Of a DNA stretch of 64,000 nucleotides, positions 61,595-64,000 are shown piece after piece. The notes below the pieces were generated by a model. The model was given only the letters and a program-made list of their open reading frames with translations, did no database searches and was not told the DNA's origin. The stretch comes from Myxococcota bacterium (GTDB taxonomy: Bacteria; Myxococcota_A; UBA9160; UBA6930). A program made the position numbers and the translations under genes. The stretch is taken from assembly GCA_965223705.1 (NCBI GenBank), contig OZ245015.1, positions 3,040,001 through 3,104,000 of the forward strand. Direction: 5' to 3'. How positions within the stretch are numbered: position 1 is the stretch's first letter; every line of letters starts with the position of its first letter.

Positions 61595-62889
61595 AATGAA
61601 GCGCTGCCCCCGGCTTCGTCGATCTCCCGCACGTACCTGAAGTCCTCTTCGATGGAACGCGATGCGACCCAGAAATGAAAGGCGGACCACGCGTACATCA
61701 CGCCCGACACGATCGCGAGCGCGTAGCGCAAAGAATCGACGCCGTAGCGCGGCGCCAGGAGGTCACTCGCCAACCCGGTCGTAAACGGACCGAACATCAA
61801 CCCGATGATGTTGATCACGAAGTACAAGGCTGCCGCGGCCGTGACGCGCATGGTCGTCGGCGCGAGGCTCTGGCTCGCGGCGAGCACCGGTCCTTGGTAC
61901 GCCTGTCCGAGTAGGCCGACGCCCATCAAAAGCGTCAGGCACAGCCACTGCGAGCCCGTCAACCAACCGAAGACCGCGAACGGGAGAGACCCCGCCATCG
62001 CAATGCAGGGGACGAGGACATACGAGCGCCGGTCCGTTCGCGCCCAGACGTCGGCGAGCTTGCCGCCCCAGACCGTCGCAATCGCTCCTCCCACTCCGAT
62101 GATGACGGCCGAGGCCATCCCGATTTCGGTGGGAGTCATGCCATGACTCCGCTCGAGAACAGACGGCAAGAGAAACGCGAACGAGTAGCCGGCGAAGGCG
62201 TAGAGGCCCCCGGCGAACGAGAGGTGGCGGAAAGAGCGGCGTTCCCACAGAAAACGCGCGACACGCCAGAACGCGGGCTGCTCGGTGGCCGCGCGCGGCG
62301 GTTCCCGCAACGTGAATCGAACCAGGATCGCGACGAGCAGGCCCGGAAGGCCGACGACCAGAAAGGCCACGCGCCAATCGAACGCTTCGCGTAGATAGCC
62401 ACCCGAGAGGTAACCGATCAGAATCCCCGCTGGAACACCCAGCGAGAAAATCGCCAGCGCCGTCGCTCGCTTCGCGGGTTCGACATAGTCGCTGATCAGC
62501 GAGATCGCCGGCGGACTGCCGCCGGCCTCGCCGATCCCGACGCCGACGCGGTAGACAAGAAGCTGCGAAAAGCCTCGCGCCGTGCCACAGAGTGCCGTCA
62601 TGACGCTCCAGATCGCGATGCAAATGGCCATGACACCGCGCCGCGAGTAGCGATCCGCCAAGCGTCCGATGGGAATGCCGAGCGTCGCGTAGAACAGCCC
62701 GAACGCCGTCCCCGACAGCAAACCGAGCTGCCAATCCGCGAGCGACAGTTCCTCTTTGATGGGCTGCAACAGGATCGCCAGAATTTGCCGGTCGATGAAG
62801 TTGACGGTGTACACGACGAAGCACAGGCCCAGCGCGTAGCGAACGTACGCGTCGGAGTAGCGCTTCTCGTGATCCGGCGAGCCGGTCAT
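61591..62889 (-). CDS. MFS transporter (spinster-like)
   Basis: NFIDRQI, PIKEEL.L.D.QLG, GRLADR, RVGVGIGEAG, ISDY, LREPPR. Confidence 0.92.
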   Translation of the reverse strand: MTGSPDHEKRYSDAYVRYALGLCFVVYTVNFIDRQILAILLQPIKEELSLADWQLGLLSGTAFGLFYATLGIPIGRLADRYSRRGVMAICIAIWSVMTALCGTARGFSQLLVYRVGVGIGEAGGSPPAISLISDYVEPAKRATALAIFSLGVPAGILIGYLSGGYLREAFDWRVAFLVVGLPGLLVAILVRFTLREPPRAATEQPAFWRVARFLWERRSFRHLSFAGGLYAFAGYSFAFLLPSVLERSHGMTPTEIGMASAVIIGVGGAIATVWGGKLADVWARTDRRSYVLVPCIAMAGSLPFAVFGWLTGSQWLCLTLLMGVGLLGQAYQGPVLAASQSLAPTTMRVTAAAALYFVINIIGLMFGPFTTGLASDLLAPRYGVDSLRYALAIVSGVMYAWSAFHFWVASRSIEEDFRYVREIDEAGGSASL

Positions 62890-62951
62890 GTGGAACCTCC
62901 CGGGTGAACCGCGATAGAGCCGTTTCGGCCGCGCCAGCCTAACATCGCGCT

Positions 62952-63614
62952 ATGGACGAGGGGATCATTCGTGGCGAAGACGGCCGAAATCGCTGTTGGT
63001 GGGGAGCGAGCCACCCCGACTACGCGGAATACCACGATCAGGAGTGGGGAATGCCCGTCCGAGACGACCGCCGACTCTTCGAGAAGATCTGCCTCGAGGG
63101 GTTCCAGTCCGGCCTGTCTTGGCTGACGATCCTGCGCAAGCGCGAGAACTTCCGCGCGGCGTTCGCCGACTTCGACTTCGAGCGCGTCGCGCGCTTCAAC
63201 CGGCGAAGCGTGGAACGCCTGCTCCGAGATGCCGGAATCGTTCGCCACCGTGGCAAGATCGAGTCGGCGATCCACAACGCGAAACTCGCCTGCGACCTGC
63301 GCGACGAGTGTGGAAGCCTCGCGGCGTATTTTTGGTCCTTTGAGCCGGACGAGGCGGATCGGCCGACGCGGTTCGATCGCAAGACGCTCGGCGCTTGGAC
63401 CGAGTCCGCTGCGTCCCGCGCGGTCTCGAAAGACTTGAAGAAGCGCGGTTTCACCTACGTCGGCCCGACGACCGTCTACGCCTTCATGCAGGCGATGGGA
63501 CTGGTGAACGATCATGTCGAAGGCTGCGCGTCGCGCGTGTCGTGTGAGCGCTCGAGGGCGACGTTCCGCCGCCCGAAACGTCGCAAGGTTTCACGCGAGA
63601 AAAGTCAGTCGTAA
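62952..63614 (+). CDS. tag: DNA-3-methyladenine glycosylase I
   Basis: RCWW, YHDQEWG, LFEKICLEGFQSGLSW, GIVRHRGKI, VGPTT.YAFMQA.G.VNDH..C. Confidence 0.94.
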   Translation: MDEGIIRGEDGRNRCWWGASHPDYAEYHDQEWGMPVRDDRRLFEKICLEGFQSGLSWLTILRKRENFRAAFADFDFERVARFNRRSVERLLRDAGIVRHRGKIESAIHNAKLACDLRDECGSLAAYFWSFEPDEADRPTRFDRKTLGAWTESAASRAVSKDLKKRGFTYVGPTTVYAFMQAMGLVNDHVEGCASRVSCERSRATFRRPKRRKVSREKSQS

Positions 63615-64000
63615 TCGACAGGGGTCGAGTAGCGATCTTCGTCGTGCGCTTCCCAGTAGCGATTGCGCAGCCAGGTCGTGACGTCGCCGGGGACACCGCC
63701 GCCGACAGGAGCCCCGTTGAGCGTCGTCATCGGCATCACGCCGCCGGCAGTGCTCGTCGCGAACACCTCGTCCGCTTCGGGAAGCCACTGTGCGGGTATC
63801 GGCGCGATACGCGTCGGGATGTTCTGCTCTTCCGCCAATTCGAGTACGGTGCGGCGCGTGATGCCCTCGAGGGCGCCGTGCGGAGGAGTCATCAATTCAC
63901 CCCCGGCGACCGCGAAAATATTGAAGCCCGGGCCCTCGGTCAGATTTCCCTCCGCGTCGGGCAGGACGACGTGTTGTCCACCGCGCCGATACGCCTCGTA
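63605..64000 (-). CDS. Class IV PLP-dependent aminotransferase; 5' end outside the window
   Basis: GNLTEGPGFNIF, LEGITRRTV, ADEVFATSTAGGVMP. Confidence 0.88.
   Translation of the reverse strand, partial: YEAYRRGGQHVVLPDAEGNLTEGPGFNIFAVAGGELMTPPHGALEGITRRTVLELAEEQNIPTRIAPIPAQWLPEADEVFATSTAGGVMPMTTLNGAPVGGGVPGDVTTWLRNRYWEAHDEDRYSTPVDYD

Overview
GC-rich bacterial chromosomal segment with dense, often overlapping genes. I found no rRNA, tRNA, transposase, phage or CRISPR signal. The gene content (MotA/MotB, HDOD proteins, DUF1329, many CoA-dependent and oxygenase enzymes) suggests a flagellated, catabolically versatile Gram-negative organism, such as an uncultured Myxococcota/Binatia-type lineage (inference only). 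Main blocks: (1) 1-6 kb: motility and signalling locus with an NtrC-type sigma54 response regulator (partial), a PomA/PomB-like stator pair, a small Arg-rich membrane ORF, and an HDOD-GGDEF / pentapeptide-repeat K+ channel / HDOD operon. FliA(sigma28)-like promoters precede the operon and the regulator. (2) 6-11 kb: xanthine-dehydrogenase-family M/S/L operon with MoaD and an MFS transporter. (3) 11-33 kb: MetX-MetW fusion, crotonases, a Cys-free 4-hydroxybutyryl-CoA dehydratase/HpaB-family protein, an Atu-like carboxylase cluster, acyl-CoA dehydrogenase, MmgE/PrpD, amidohydrolase, dienelactone hydrolase, FMN reductase and CoA transferase. (4) 33.7-36 kb: PspA/IM30 plus a polytopic membrane protein behind a sigma54-type promoter. 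(5) 36-43 kb: P450, xth, MetE-like protein, cupin dioxygenase, DHDPS-family aldolase and a NagGH-like Rieske oxygenase. (6) 43-64 kb: YceI, CoA transferases, APH-like kinase, LDH/MDH-family protein, DUF5916, DUF3108, LLM oxidoreductase, an AMIN-DUF1329 fusion with a 36-bp tandem-repeat linker, MaoC/CitE, a structured inverted-repeat element, surE, tandem SDRs, MFS, tag and a class IV aminotransferase (partial). Best candidates for something undescribed: the HDOD/K+ channel/diguanylate cyclase operon beside the stator genes, the non-canonical PspA module and the AMIN-DUF1329 fusion. All calls come from motif recognition by eye; no database searches were run.
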